Of a stretch of 64,000 nt of DNA, positions 29,665-40,258 are shown one piece after another; within the stretch, counting starts at the first letter, position 1, and each line of letters begins with the position of its first letter. Made by a program: the position numbers and the translations under genes. Under the pieces are notes generated by a model that was not told the DNA's origin, ran no database searches, and saw only the letters and a list, made by a program, of their open reading frames with translations. The stretch comes from Ignavibacteriota bacterium (lineage in GTDB: Bacteria > Bacteroidota > Ignavibacteria > UBA10030): positions 384,001 through 448,000 of the forward strand of contig CAVSHO010000009.1 in assembly GCA_963727825.1 (NCBI GenBank). Reading direction: 5' to 3'.

Positions 29665-32031
29665 ATGTTCAACAAATTCGTAATACTTGTGTTATGTTTC
29701 ACAATATCGGCAGCGTTCGCACAACAAAGCGATCGAGTGGACATTGGAAACTTACAGACCGGGGCAACGGTCTCGTTTGTCCGCACCGCAGGAGTTGAGT
29801 GGGGTATCGATATCTCCGGCGGCAGCGCTCCGCGACTGACGCAACAGAAACCTGCACAAATCGAAGTCTTTCAAAGCGAAAAGAATGTGTGTCAGCTTGC
29901 TGCGGGCTACCAGTCAGTGCGAAAGGAAAATAATTCGGTTGTAGCGAGAGCAAAGATATCAGGTGGAGGAAAAATAAGGTTTGATATCGAGGACAGATGG
30001 AATATTTCGGGCGCTGTATTATCGCTTAGCCGGAAAGTGAGCGTGACCGGTACAGAAGACAGTGCCGGGTTCTATTCGGCTATCCGTTTTTCGACAGATC
30101 CAATTATAAAATGGCAGGATGTGAATTTTCTTGCTCCGGGCCTTCTCTATGGCGAACCGCACACGAACCCCCGCGCACTTGGTGGTAGTTTATATTACGA
30201 TGCCAAACGTTTTTCGATACGAGAAGACTATCTCTCCGCTCCGCTATTCGGGCTTTCCTTCCATGACGGGAATTGGGTGGCGGCATTAGACCTTGCCCCG
30301 AACGGTGCAACCACCATAACAGAAACCACTTCTCCAGCTACGACGCCAGTGATTGACGAACAAATTCAGTTCGGAGCCTTGGGTGCTCGCGAAGTTTCCG
30401 AAGGAGGAGTTGAGATCGGATTCTGGCTGCCCGGCACAACGAACGAATTCTTAGGCGGGTTCTTTGAAGGCAGCCGAGGGAATCCAAGCACCGCTCCTGT
30501 GGTGCGACGGCGCTATCATCCTGTCAAAGCAGGATTTTCGCAGAGTTACAAAGTAGGATTCCGATTTGGAAAGAGCGAGTCTTTCCGTGATATGGAACGC
30601 GAATCATGGCGATGGGCATGGCAGAGCCTCAATCCCAAAATCACACCTGTGGATGTGGAAGTTGTCCGTCGCACGCTGATCGATCACTTAGCGGATCGCG
30701 TCCTCGTTGTGGAGGATCGGGCCGGAATTCCATTTGTTATCGATGCTGTTTCGGGGAAGCCTGGTTCGTTTCGTCCTGCCTTAACGGCTCGAATGTTTCA
30801 CGCATTCAATGCGGGGCGCGGAGCGCCAGCGAATCAGAACCAAGAGCTGATTAATTGGGCCAAATCCATTGGCATTGATATTGACACCAAGGCAGCAGAA
30901 TTGGATATATGGCCAAAGATCGTAATTGGTTTCTGCGGCAAGCACATTGAGGTAGCAGAACAATTATTGTTGGAAAGCGATCGTGACTCGGGTCCACGTG
31001 GTCAAAGGATGAGGAAACTGGGTGAGATGATCATAGAGAGCCTTATTCGCATTGTGCCTGTATCACCACCTTGTGGAGAAGGCTTTGATATACGGACAGG
31101 CAAGCCTGGTGCCGTCCACGGTGGAACTGCGTTCTCTCTCCGTTCTTGGGCAGAAGACATGCGCATCATGATAGATTTAATTCGCCGTGAGCGTCCTCAT
31201 GGACGCCAGCATCCGGAATGGTTTAAATGGGCAAAGTCTTATACCGACTGGTTGTTAATGCAGCAGCGAGAAGATGGGTCATTCCCCATGACCTGGCAGG
31301 ATTCAACAGGAGCAGTGAAAGAGGGTACCACTGGTGTCACCAGTTACGCAGGTGTACCATTGCTGGTGAAGATGAGCGAGGAAACTGGGGATAAAAAATA
31401 CATCAACTCGGCCATCCGTGCCGCCGACTATATTTGGACGAACTTTGGCAGTAAGTGTGTATTCCTTGGCGCAACCGGCACTCCAACTGTAGCCGACAAA
31501 GAATCCGGCATGTTGTCTGCGGAAGCCTTCTTAGCTTTATACGAAAACACCAGGGAAGATAAGTGGTTGGAGTATGCCAAAACTGCGGGTGATTATACTG
31601 AAAGCTGGATATGGATTTGGAATGTTCCCATGCCGGTTGGTGCCAATTATGCCGACCTGGGATGGAAACCCGGCGTGCCTACAATAGGCGTTAACGGAAT
31701 TGGATCGAATGATATTGGTGGTGTGGACCAATACCTGGATTGGGCTGTTCCCACCTATGCAAGGTTGTACAAATACACCAAAGATGAGCATTACTTAGAT
31801 GTTGCCCGTATTCTTTTGCATGGCACCAAAGCTATGCTCGCACTTCCAGGACGCACATACGATTTGAAGGGACCAGGCTGGCAGCAGGAACACTGGCGCA
31901 TGGGACCGATCAGAGGTATTGGAGCCCACCGTACCTGGCTGCCGTGGATTTCCGTCAACCACCTGCATGGTATTACCGGCTTAGAAGAGTTCGACCCAGC
32001 CTTGTATCAACGACTTGCCAAGGGGAATTGA
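29665..32031 (+). CDS. Secreted uncharacterised protein, probable beta-sandwich plus (alpha/alpha) toroid enzyme (paralog 1)
   Basis: Signal peptide AFA-Q; DWLLMQQREDGSFP, AIRAADYI, DKESGMLSAEAFLALYE toroid-type helices. Confidence 0.8.
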   Translation: MFNKFVILVLCFTISAAFAQQSDRVDIGNLQTGATVSFVRTAGVEWGIDISGGSAPRLTQQKPAQIEVFQSEKNVCQLAAGYQSVRKENNSVVARAKISGGGKIRFDIEDRWNISGAVLSLSRKVSVTGTEDSAGFYSAIRFSTDPIIKWQDVNFLAPGLLYGEPHTNPRALGGSLYYDAKRFSIREDYLSAPLFGLSFHDGNWVAALDLAPNGATTITETTSPATTPVIDEQIQFGALGAREVSEGGVEIGFWLPGTTNEFLGGFFEGSRGNPSTAPVVRRRYHPVKAGFSQSYKVGFRFGKSESFRDMERESWRWAWQSLNPKITPVDVEVVRRTLIDHLADRVLVVEDRAGIPFVIDAVSGKPGSFRPALTARMFHAFNAGRGAPANQNQELINWAKSIGIDIDTKAAELDIWPKIVIGFCGKHIEVAEQLLLESDRDSGPRGQRMRKLGEMIIESLIRIVPVSPPCGEGFDIRTGKPGAVHGGTAFSLRSWAEDMRIMIDLIRRERPHGRQHPEWFKWAKSYTDWLLMQQREDGSFPMTWQDSTGAVKEGTTGVTSYAGVPLLVKMSEETGDKKYINSAIRAADYIWTNFGSKCVFLGATGTPTVADKESGMLSAEAFLALYENTREDKWLEYAKTAGDYTESWIWIWNVPMPVGANYADLGWKPGVPTIGVNGIGSNDIGGVDQYLDWAVPTYARLYKYTKDEHYLDVARILLHGTKAMLALPGRTYDLKGPGWQQEHWRMGPIRGIGAHRTWLPWISVNHLHGITGLEEFDPALYQRLAKGN

Positions 32032-32087
32032 ATCCTTTGCAAAGGAGAGACTTCAAAGTGGAACTGGAATATCTGAGGAATATATAA

Positions 32088-34313
32088 ATGTTCAACAAAA
32101 ACGTAATACTCGGGTTATGTCTAACAGTCTCGGCCGCTTTCGCACAACAAGGCGATCGAGTGGACATTGGAAACTTACAGACCGGGGCAACGGTCTCGTT
32201 TGTCCGCGCCGCAGGAGGCGAGTGGGGTATCGAAATCTCCGGTGGCACTACTCCGCATCTGACGCAGCAGAAGCCCGCGCAAATCGAAATCTTTCGAATG
32301 GAAGGGAACATTCGCGAGCTTGTAGCCGGATATAAGACAGTCCAGCAATCAGACTCCGATATCTATGCCCGTGCTGAAATCGCATATGGTGAGAATGTTG
32401 TTTTTCATGTGGAAGATTTATGGAGCCTGAATGGAGCTGTGGTATCGGTGCACAGGAAGGTGGAAGTTGTGGGGAACGCTCCAGGCGGATTCAATTCGTC
32501 TGTTGTGCTTTCGGTCGATTCTGCTATACAATGGTCCGATGTGAATTGCATGTTTCCTGGCGCGTTGTATGGCGATCCTACCTACAATGGCGACCGCTCT
32601 CCCGGTGGTACGATGAACTACAAAGCACATCGATTCCAATTGCGTGAGGATATGCTCCCGGCGCCCCTCTTCGCAATATCATTCAGCAATGGTTCTTCCG
32701 TGGCAATGCTCGATCCTTCTCCGCGAGGCGAATCGACGGTCGAGGAGACAAGACTTTCAAAAAATGTGATGATCGATGCGCGATTTCAATTCGGTGCACT
32801 CGGAGTGTGGCAGACTGACCGGAATCCCATCGAACTCAGTTTTCAGTTTCCCGGCACAATGAGTATGTATCCATTTGGTTTCAATACTATGGCGAAACCG
32901 AGGTTGATTCAACGCTACCATCCAATTGCTCAGGGATTAGTTCACAGTTACGAGGTGAGTTTTCGATTCGGGCTCAACGAACCGTTTCGAGATGTAACCC
33001 GAAACGCATGGCGATGGGCATGGAGTACGTTGAAGCCCGCGATCACCACCATCGATGTTGAACTTGTCCGCCGTGTGCTGATAGATCACCTGGCTGTTCA
33101 GGCCGCTACCATTGGCGGGCGCACCGGCATCCCTTTTGCCGTTGCTACTTTCGATACGAACAAACTTCAATGGAATTGGACAATGACGGCGATGGGATTC
33201 GTGAGCAAGAATATTGAGTGTGCGGACCAGTTGTTGCGCGAAAGTGATCGCGATAGTACAGAGCGCGGACAAAAAATGCGTCAACTTGGTCTGGGTATTA
33301 TCTCATCTATGATCAATGCGCTGAACACAATCCCGCTGCAGGCAACCGGCTACGATCTTGCAACCGGAAAACCATGGACTGGTGAACGGCAGGAATGGCT
33401 CGCCCCCTGGCTGCGAAATGCCACGGAAGATATGCGCGTGCTGATGCGTGCATACCGACGTGAACGTACCCTCGGCCGACAACATCCAGAATGGTTTAAC
33501 TGGGTCAAGACCTATGTGGATTGGCTGATTCTGCAGCAAAGGGTTGATGGATCTTTCCCCCGACGATGGAAACCTGGAAGTAATGAGGTCGCGGAGCCGA
33601 CAGGAACAACGAGTTACTGTCCTGTGCCACTGCTCGTGATCATGACTGAAGAGACTGGCGATTCGAAGTATAAGCAGTCTGCCATTCGCGCGGCGGAGTA
33701 CATTTGGACAAATTTTGGAATGCGTGGACTCTTCGTCGGCGGCGCTAGTGACAATCCGAATATCACCGACAAAGAAGCCGGGATGTTGAGTATGGAAGCT
33801 TTCCTGAGTCTCTATGAATCAACCAAGGAAACTAAATGGCTTGAACGCGCGAAAACAGCAGCGGACTTCGCAGAAAGCTGGATCTGGATCTGGAATTTAC
33901 CAATGCCACTTGATGCAGATGACACGCAACTACACTGGAAGAAAGGTGTACCAACCATCGGGCTACAGGGAATAACAGCCCTCGGTGCCGGTGGTGCAGA
34001 TGAATATTTAGATTGGGCCGTTCCCTCATATGCGAAGCTATATAAATATACAAATGAGCCACATTATCTCGATGTTGCACGGGTCTTGCTGCACGACACA
34101 AAATCCATGGTCGCTCTTCCTGGACGCCAGTACCATATGAAAGGAATAGGATGGCAGCAGGAAGGCTGGCGCATGGGTCCAGGAGGTCGTGGCCGCGGCG
34201 TCGGGGGCCATCGGTTCTGGCTGCCGTGGATTTCGGCCAACCACCTGTACGGCATCACCGGCTTGGAAGAGTTCGACACGGCTCTGTATCAACAATTGAT
34301 CAAAGAGAATTAA
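32088..34313 (+). CDS. Secreted uncharacterised toroid-type enzyme (paralog 2)
   Basis: Colinear homolog of paralog 1: DWLILQQRVDGSFP, DKEAGMLSMEAFLSLYE, WLPWIS.NHL. Confidence 0.8.
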   Translation: MFNKNVILGLCLTVSAAFAQQGDRVDIGNLQTGATVSFVRAAGGEWGIEISGGTTPHLTQQKPAQIEIFRMEGNIRELVAGYKTVQQSDSDIYARAEIAYGENVVFHVEDLWSLNGAVVSVHRKVEVVGNAPGGFNSSVVLSVDSAIQWSDVNCMFPGALYGDPTYNGDRSPGGTMNYKAHRFQLREDMLPAPLFAISFSNGSSVAMLDPSPRGESTVEETRLSKNVMIDARFQFGALGVWQTDRNPIELSFQFPGTMSMYPFGFNTMAKPRLIQRYHPIAQGLVHSYEVSFRFGLNEPFRDVTRNAWRWAWSTLKPAITTIDVELVRRVLIDHLAVQAATIGGRTGIPFAVATFDTNKLQWNWTMTAMGFVSKNIECADQLLRESDRDSTERGQKMRQLGLGIISSMINALNTIPLQATGYDLATGKPWTGERQEWLAPWLRNATEDMRVLMRAYRRERTLGRQHPEWFNWVKTYVDWLILQQRVDGSFPRRWKPGSNEVAEPTGTTSYCPVPLLVIMTEETGDSKYKQSAIRAAEYIWTNFGMRGLFVGGASDNPNITDKEAGMLSMEAFLSLYESTKETKWLERAKTAADFAESWIWIWNLPMPLDADDTQLHWKKGVPTIGLQGITALGAGGADEYLDWAVPSYAKLYKYTNEPHYLDVARVLLHDTKSMVALPGRQYHMKGIGWQQEGWRMGPGGRGRGVGGHRFWLPWISANHLYGITGLEEFDTALYQQLIKEN

Positions 34314-34360
34314 TAACTAATTGTAAAAAACCAAACATCTACTTAATATTTTCTATTTCA

Positions 34361-34950
34361 AGTCATATACTTCCGGCAAAACCGGAGGTTTGATTATGTG
34401 AACCGCTAAAAGCGGTTATGTGTATTATTCAAAAATAGTCAATTGATCCAACTATTTATCCTCTTCTTGTTGCTCTCGTATATATTCCCGTATCGTTGCC
34501 TCGTCCTTACCTACAATCGACGCCTAGAATCCTCGAGCCCAAAAGTGTTAACCTGTAAAGTTCTTCCGATTTCCCTTGTAGTTCCGTGCAATATGGATCG
34601 CACTCTTCCCTTTCATAAAACCTATCACGGTGCTCATTGCATGCTTGGGTGGAATGCTGACCAATATATGAACATAATATTCAAACAAGTGTCCTTCTTC
34701 TATCCGGCTCTCCCTCTGACGTGCCACATCGTGAAACACCTCCCAAAGATATCGCCGTAGTTCCTTGAACAAAGTTTTCTGTCGATACTTTGGTATAAAC
34801 ACTTCATGATATTTGCATTCGTATTTTGTGTGACGTAAATTGTTTTGTGTATTCATCTTGAATCTCCTGTACGCTTCAAACGGTTCACACATATTGGAGA
34901 TTCAATTTATTTCTGCAAAAGTCAAACTTTTGGAGTCCCTCAGTTGTGGG
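34361..34950 (-). mobile_element. tnpA: IS200/IS605-family Y1 transposase (TnpA) pseudogene, ~34425-34856, with hairpin ends
   Basis: ECKYH.VFIPKYR, VH.LVSIPPK, GFMKGKS, FWARG, REYIREQ; three in-frame stops; subterminal hairpins AACCGC-TAAAA-GCGGTT and CCGGCAAAACCGG. Confidence 0.88.
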
Positions 34951-35944
34951 TTTACCTATTATTATTATACCGACATTCCTTTGTTGGTCATTCATCTTAT
35001 TTATGAGTGACAAATCGGTTTCTCATAATGCAGGAGAGCAGGATCCTTGTTCCGAGACGGCATCTGTTTCAGAATCAAAGGACTCGAAAGGTTATAGAGA
35101 TATCGTACTGTTCAAAGACAAGGTTATTGCAGTTGGGACCGATGGACGAATTGACTGCATCTCCAAATCAGGAGAAAAAATATCTGTCGATAGTTCTTGT
35201 GCGTATACTCTTCACTGTGCTTTTTCCAATGAGGAAATGCTGGTAGTTGCCGGAGACCATGGAACGATTCTGTACTCATCTGATGGAAAGAGCTTTCATT
35301 GCACAGAATCGGGAACGGAGAAGAGTATCCATGGAATTGCTTCTAGAAACGGATTGCTTGTAGCTGGTGCCGATAGCGGGACATTGCTTTCTTCAAAAAA
35401 TGGTATTTCCTGGAATAGTATCCCGATTGCAATCAAAGGAAATATCGTATCGATTTCTGCCAATAATTCTTTCTTCATAGGGGTTTCAGATTCTGGTGAA
35501 ATAATGAAATCAATTGATGGCGGCAACTGGAAAATCCAGGATTACAATAATGAGTATGCAGGTTATAATAAGCACTCAACATTTAAAAAAGTATTGGCTG
35601 CCCAAAACAGTATTATCATCATTGGGATCTCTGACGATGGTTCGCCATCCATTTTGTTCTCGTCACTGGGAAATGTCTGGACAGAGAGAATTCCGATATA
35701 TCAGGATAGTCAGGGAATCGTTACGTGCCTGGCCAGCAAGCCCAATGGTATAACATATGACCCCGATCGGGATCAGTTCATTCTTGCATGCGATCATGGC
35801 GAATTGCTCAGCTTGCCGCCGTGTTCAAAATGTAACAAATACGCGAAAATATCAGAGACTGATTTACATGGAATAATCTATTTTGATAATCGTCTGTTAA
35901 TTGGTGGTGACGAATTTTCTGTGTTTACTCAAAGATTACAGTAA
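34946..35944 (+). CDS. Beta-propeller (YCF48/BNR-like) repeat protein
   Basis: Repeats VAGDHGTILYSSDGKSF, AGADSGTLLSSKNGISW, GVSDSGEIMKSIDGGNW; start uncertain. Confidence 0.75.
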   Translation: MGLPIIIIPTFLCWSFILFMSDKSVSHNAGEQDPCSETASVSESKDSKGYRDIVLFKDKVIAVGTDGRIDCISKSGEKISVDSSCAYTLHCAFSNEEMLVVAGDHGTILYSSDGKSFHCTESGTEKSIHGIASRNGLLVAGADSGTLLSSKNGISWNSIPIAIKGNIVSISANNSFFIGVSDSGEIMKSIDGGNWKIQDYNNEYAGYNKHSTFKKVLAAQNSIIIIGISDDGSPSILFSSLGNVWTERIPIYQDSQGIVTCLASKPNGITYDPDRDQFILACDHGELLSLPPCSKCNKYAKISETDLHGIIYFDNRLLIGGDEFSVFTQRLQ

Positions 35945-35998
35945 AACGAATATTCATAAATTCACAAATCCTAATCATAACATTTTAGTGAGCTCATC

Positions 35999-38900
35999 AT
36001 GAAACTTAAATTATCCAAACTCTTTTTTATGTTTCTCTTTTGTTTTGTAGTCATGGCTTTCATGCCGGGCAGTGAAACTGCTAAAAAACCGATTTACCTC
36101 GACACCACTTATTCTTTCAAAGAAAGGGCCGCCGACCTTGTTTCAAGAATGACACCCGAGGAAAAGCAAAGCCAGTTGGGTAACACGATGCCTCCTATTC
36201 CCCGTCTGGGAATTAATAAATACGATGTATGGGGTGAAGCCCTGCATGGAGTTTTGGGAAGAAACAATAACAGCGGGATGACCGCAACTTCATTCCCCAA
36301 CAGTGTTGCAGTGGGCTGTACATGGGACCCGGAACTACTGAGACGTGAAACTTCAGTCATCGCTGATGAGGCAAGAGGATTTAACCACGATGTCATTTTT
36401 ACACTTACCTACTGGTCTCCTGTTGTTGAGCCGGCTAGAGATCCACGGTGGGGAAGAACAGCGGAATCATTTGGCGAAGACCCATTTCTCGTTTCGCAGA
36501 TAGGCGGCGGCTTTGTCACGGGGCTAATGGGAAACGATCCTCTTTATTTAAAAGCAGTTCCATGCGGTAAACATTATTTTGCAAACAATACAGAGTTTAA
36601 CCGTCATACCGGAAGTGCAAATATGGATGACAGGGATATGAGAGAATTTTATCTTCTTCCATACAAGACGCTTATTGAAAAAGATAAGCTTCCGGCAATT
36701 ATGACAGCGTACAGCGCAATAAACGGAATTCCGATATCAGCTAGTAAATTTCTAGTTGATACCATCGCAAAAAGAACCTACGGCTTAGACGGATATGTGA
36801 CAGGAGATTGTGGTGCGATATCTGATATAGTATCGGGGACACCACTATACAAAAAATAATGTAGAGGCAGCCGCAATGGGACTTAAATCGGGAGTCGACA
36901 ATGATTGTGGAGGCGTTTACCAAACAAGTGCTCTCGATGCTCTCAAGCAGGGATTACTTACGGAGAGTGATATAGATAAGGCCCTGATAAATATTTATGC
37001 AATTAGGATGAGACTTGGTGAATTCGATCCTCAAACAAAAGTCCCATATTCTGGAATTAAACCCAGTATCATCAATGATCCTTCACATAATGATCTTGCC
37101 GTTGAGATTGCAACCAAAACTCCTGTACTTTTGAAAAATGATGCAGTTTCGAAAACCGGGAAAAAAGCATTGCCTCTCAATACCAATACCATTAAAAAAA
37201 TTGCTGTATTAGGTCCTCAGGCCGATAAGGTTGAATTAGGGGATTATTCTGGAGAAGCTGAAGCGAAGTATAAAATTACTCCCCTGGCAGGAATTAAAAA
37301 TTATATTGCACAGAATAAACTTAATATAGAGATTGTTTCTAAGTCAAGTGGAAATACAGCAAGAAGAACCGATTTCTTTACCATGGTCGGTTTTTCAACG
37401 TCGAGTAATGGTAAGGTTCTTAAAGAATATGATGCAACAAAATTCGATGCTTCCGCAAACGGTTTAATCACGGCTGCAAGATTTGGTTCAGCTGCTGTCA
37501 GAGGTATCAAGGACGGCGACTGGACATCATATAATAATGTTAATATCACCAATGTAGATTCAATGCGGTTCAATATGACCGTGTCCGGAGATGGAGGGTT
37601 ACTCGAAGTAAGGGTTGGTTCTAAAACAGGTAATATCCTTGCTTCACAAAAAATTGCCGGCACTCCACAAAGCGGAGGTTTTCCAGGTTTTGGAAGATCA
37701 AAAAATGTTCCGGTTAAAATTAATACACTGGGTATAACTGGACCTCAAACCATTGTCCTTGTCTATCATGAACCGGAATTACAAGCGATGGATAAAGAAA
37801 CTCTTGACATGGCGGCCTCAGCAGACATTGCAATTATCTTTGTTGGTACAGATCAAACGACAGGAAGAGAGGAATCTGACAGGTTTTCAATAGGATTGCC
37901 GGGCAATCAGAATGAACTGATTAATTCAGTAGCAGCGGTTAATCCTAATACCATTGTCGTCATCCAAGGAATGGGAATGGTTGAAGTGGAGCAATTTAAA
38001 AACAATCCGAATGTTGCAGGAATTATCTTTACCGGATACAATGGTCAGGCACAGGGAACCGCGATGGCTAAAATATTATTTGGTGAAGTGAACCCGGGTG
38101 GAAAAACGAGTCTCACTTGGTATAAATCGCTTAATGATCTCCCTGAATTCAACGATTATACATTACGAGGTGGTGCCGGAAAGAACGGCAGAACATACAT
38201 GTATTTCAACAAGGACGTTTCTTATGAATTCGGATACGGACTTTCATACACTACCTTCGCTTACAGTAATTTCGCTATCAGTAAAAGGAGAATTACACCG
38301 AATGATAAAATTACAATTAAAGTGGATGTGAAAAATACAGGAAGCGTAGATGGAGATGAAGTTGTACAGGTTTACGTTAAAACTCCCGAAAGCCCAGCAT
38401 CTCTCGAAAGACCGATGAAGCGGTTGAAAGGGTTCAAAAGAGTGACTATTGCAAAAGGCCAGACAAAAACCGTGTCCATTGATATTGATTGTGCTGATCT
38501 TTGGTTCTGGGATATCAAGAATAAAAAAATCATGTTCGATCAGGGCAAGTACATGTTTGAAATTGGAGCATCGTCGAAAGACATCAAGGGAAAAGTAGAA
38601 GCTACCATGAGAGGCACTTATTCCCCGGTACTGAAAACAGTTGTTGCGGATTGTGAAAAAGTGGTATTAAAGCCGGGCAACACCGTGCAGACAAGTGTAA
38701 CAGCTTCACTATCGGACGATAGTTTTATTAACCTTAAAGATGCAAAAATAACTTACAAGAGCAACAGACCATCGGTTGCCAGTGTTGACGAAAATGGAAA
38801 AGTAACTGCTACTGGGGTTGGGATAGCATTGATAGTTGCCAACGTTACGATGAATGGAAAGACTGTTTCGAACAGTTACCCAGTGAAAGTGATGCCCGAC

Positions 38901-39830
38901 TTGAGTCTCAAATCAATAACAGTTGACGGAAAAAATATTGAAGGTTTTAATAAAGAAGTTAAAGCGTACAGCTATCTTTTGAAAAGCGGCTCAAACATCC
39001 CTGTGGTGAAAGCTTCTGCAATGGTTAGTGATGTCACGGTAGATATTGCACAGGCAAAAGGTGTTCCCGGAACCGCTGTCATTAATTTTATAGACAACAT
39101 CACACTTGAAAAGAATACGTATTATTTAAATTTTGATGGGCCATCGACGAGCGATGAATTCAACAATGCATCCGTCGGCAAACAATGGGAATGGGTAAGA
39201 GAAAACCCTGCAACCTATAACCTTACAAAAAATAAAGGATCCCTTACCATTACAAGTGAAGCAGGAGATGTATCTGAGGCCAGTAACAATGCTAAGAATA
39301 TTCTGTTGCAGAGTGCAAATAACGATTGGACGATTGAAACAAAATTAGTTTGCTCAAGAATTCCTTCTCAACCTGAAAATGCAGGAATTCTGGTTTACGA
39401 AAACGACGATAACTTTGTAAAACTGATGCTCAGAGCAGTTACTAAAACAACGAGGTCAGGCATGTCATCGGGAACGGGAGTACAACCGGGAACGATAGAT
39501 CTTGTTATCGAAGAAAATGGTATTGCAAAGTCTATGGCAACCTTTAACCTCAGAAAAGCAGTTACGGATAGCAACGCGTTAATACTCAAACTGGAGAAAT
39601 ATGGGTGCGTTTACACCGCATACTATTCATTGGATGGTAATAAATTTGAAAAGTTAGGAACTGCCAACCTCTTATTGAAAGATATCAGGGCAGGGTTAAT
39701 TGTATGCGACGGAGTAATAATACAGAGCATGAAAAGCACTTTCTGGTTCGATCCGGATACCACCAAACCGGCTACACCGTTTGATGTCGCATTCGATTAC
39801 TTCCATATCACCAACAGCGGGATGAAGTAA
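35999..39830 (+). pseudogene. Multimodular GH3 beta-xylosidase/glucosidase split by a +1 G at 36835-36838
   Basis: WGEALHG, RDPRWGR.AE, KHY, VTGDCGA; removing one G gives SGHHYTKNNVEAAAMG; inserted CBM6-like, Fn3-like, Big_2 and C-terminal ConA-like domains. Confidence 0.88.
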
Positions 39831-39846
39831 GGTCTCACATATGGAT

Positions 39847-39888
39847 GAGCTGTGATTTATAAAGGAAAGTTAATTATGATCACAGCTC
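39847..39888. terminator. Inverted repeat after the GH3 gene
   Basis: GAGCTGTGAT...ATCACAGCTC, no clear T tract. Confidence 0.4.
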
Positions 39889-40198
39889 TGCTGCTTCGAA
39901 TGAACCTGCTTATTCCATGTGAAGGGATAACCTGTTGGTAGGAGATTACTAAAAAAGGAGAACATGATATCGGTAAAGTAACTGTTGGTAAGGATATTTA
40001 TTTCCAGAATTTCTTACTAACAAAATAAATTTTGTAATACATGGGAATGATGAAGCATTTTTTGTGGCAACTTCAGGCAACGATACTTCTTCTAGAACAT
40101 ACGGATTATTGATGTTGATGAATTGACAGTCTAACAGAAGAGGAACAGAAGCGGTAATAGAAATCTATCATGCCGATCAGGGGTAACCCGATCGAAAT

Positions 40199-40237
40199 AA
40201 AAAAGACGCGGAGGTAATAACCCACGCGTCTTTTTTT
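40199..40237. terminator. Bidirectional intrinsic terminator
   Basis: A6-GACGCG...CGCGTC-T7 between convergent genes. Confidence 0.9.
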
Positions 40238-40258
40238 GTTTGCACAAGGCATCACATA

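Noticed and set aside
24443-34520. TAG recoding suggested by in-frame TAG codons in the IS4 and IS200 transposases
   Set aside because: Both are decayed in other ways (frameshift, TAA), and intact genes end in TAG (e.g. 13404, 16600, 17456)
36830-36860. Programmed frameshifting or phase variation at the split genes
   Set aside because: Runs are only 2-4 nt at the inferred lesion sites; no slippery heptamer with a stimulatory structure was seen
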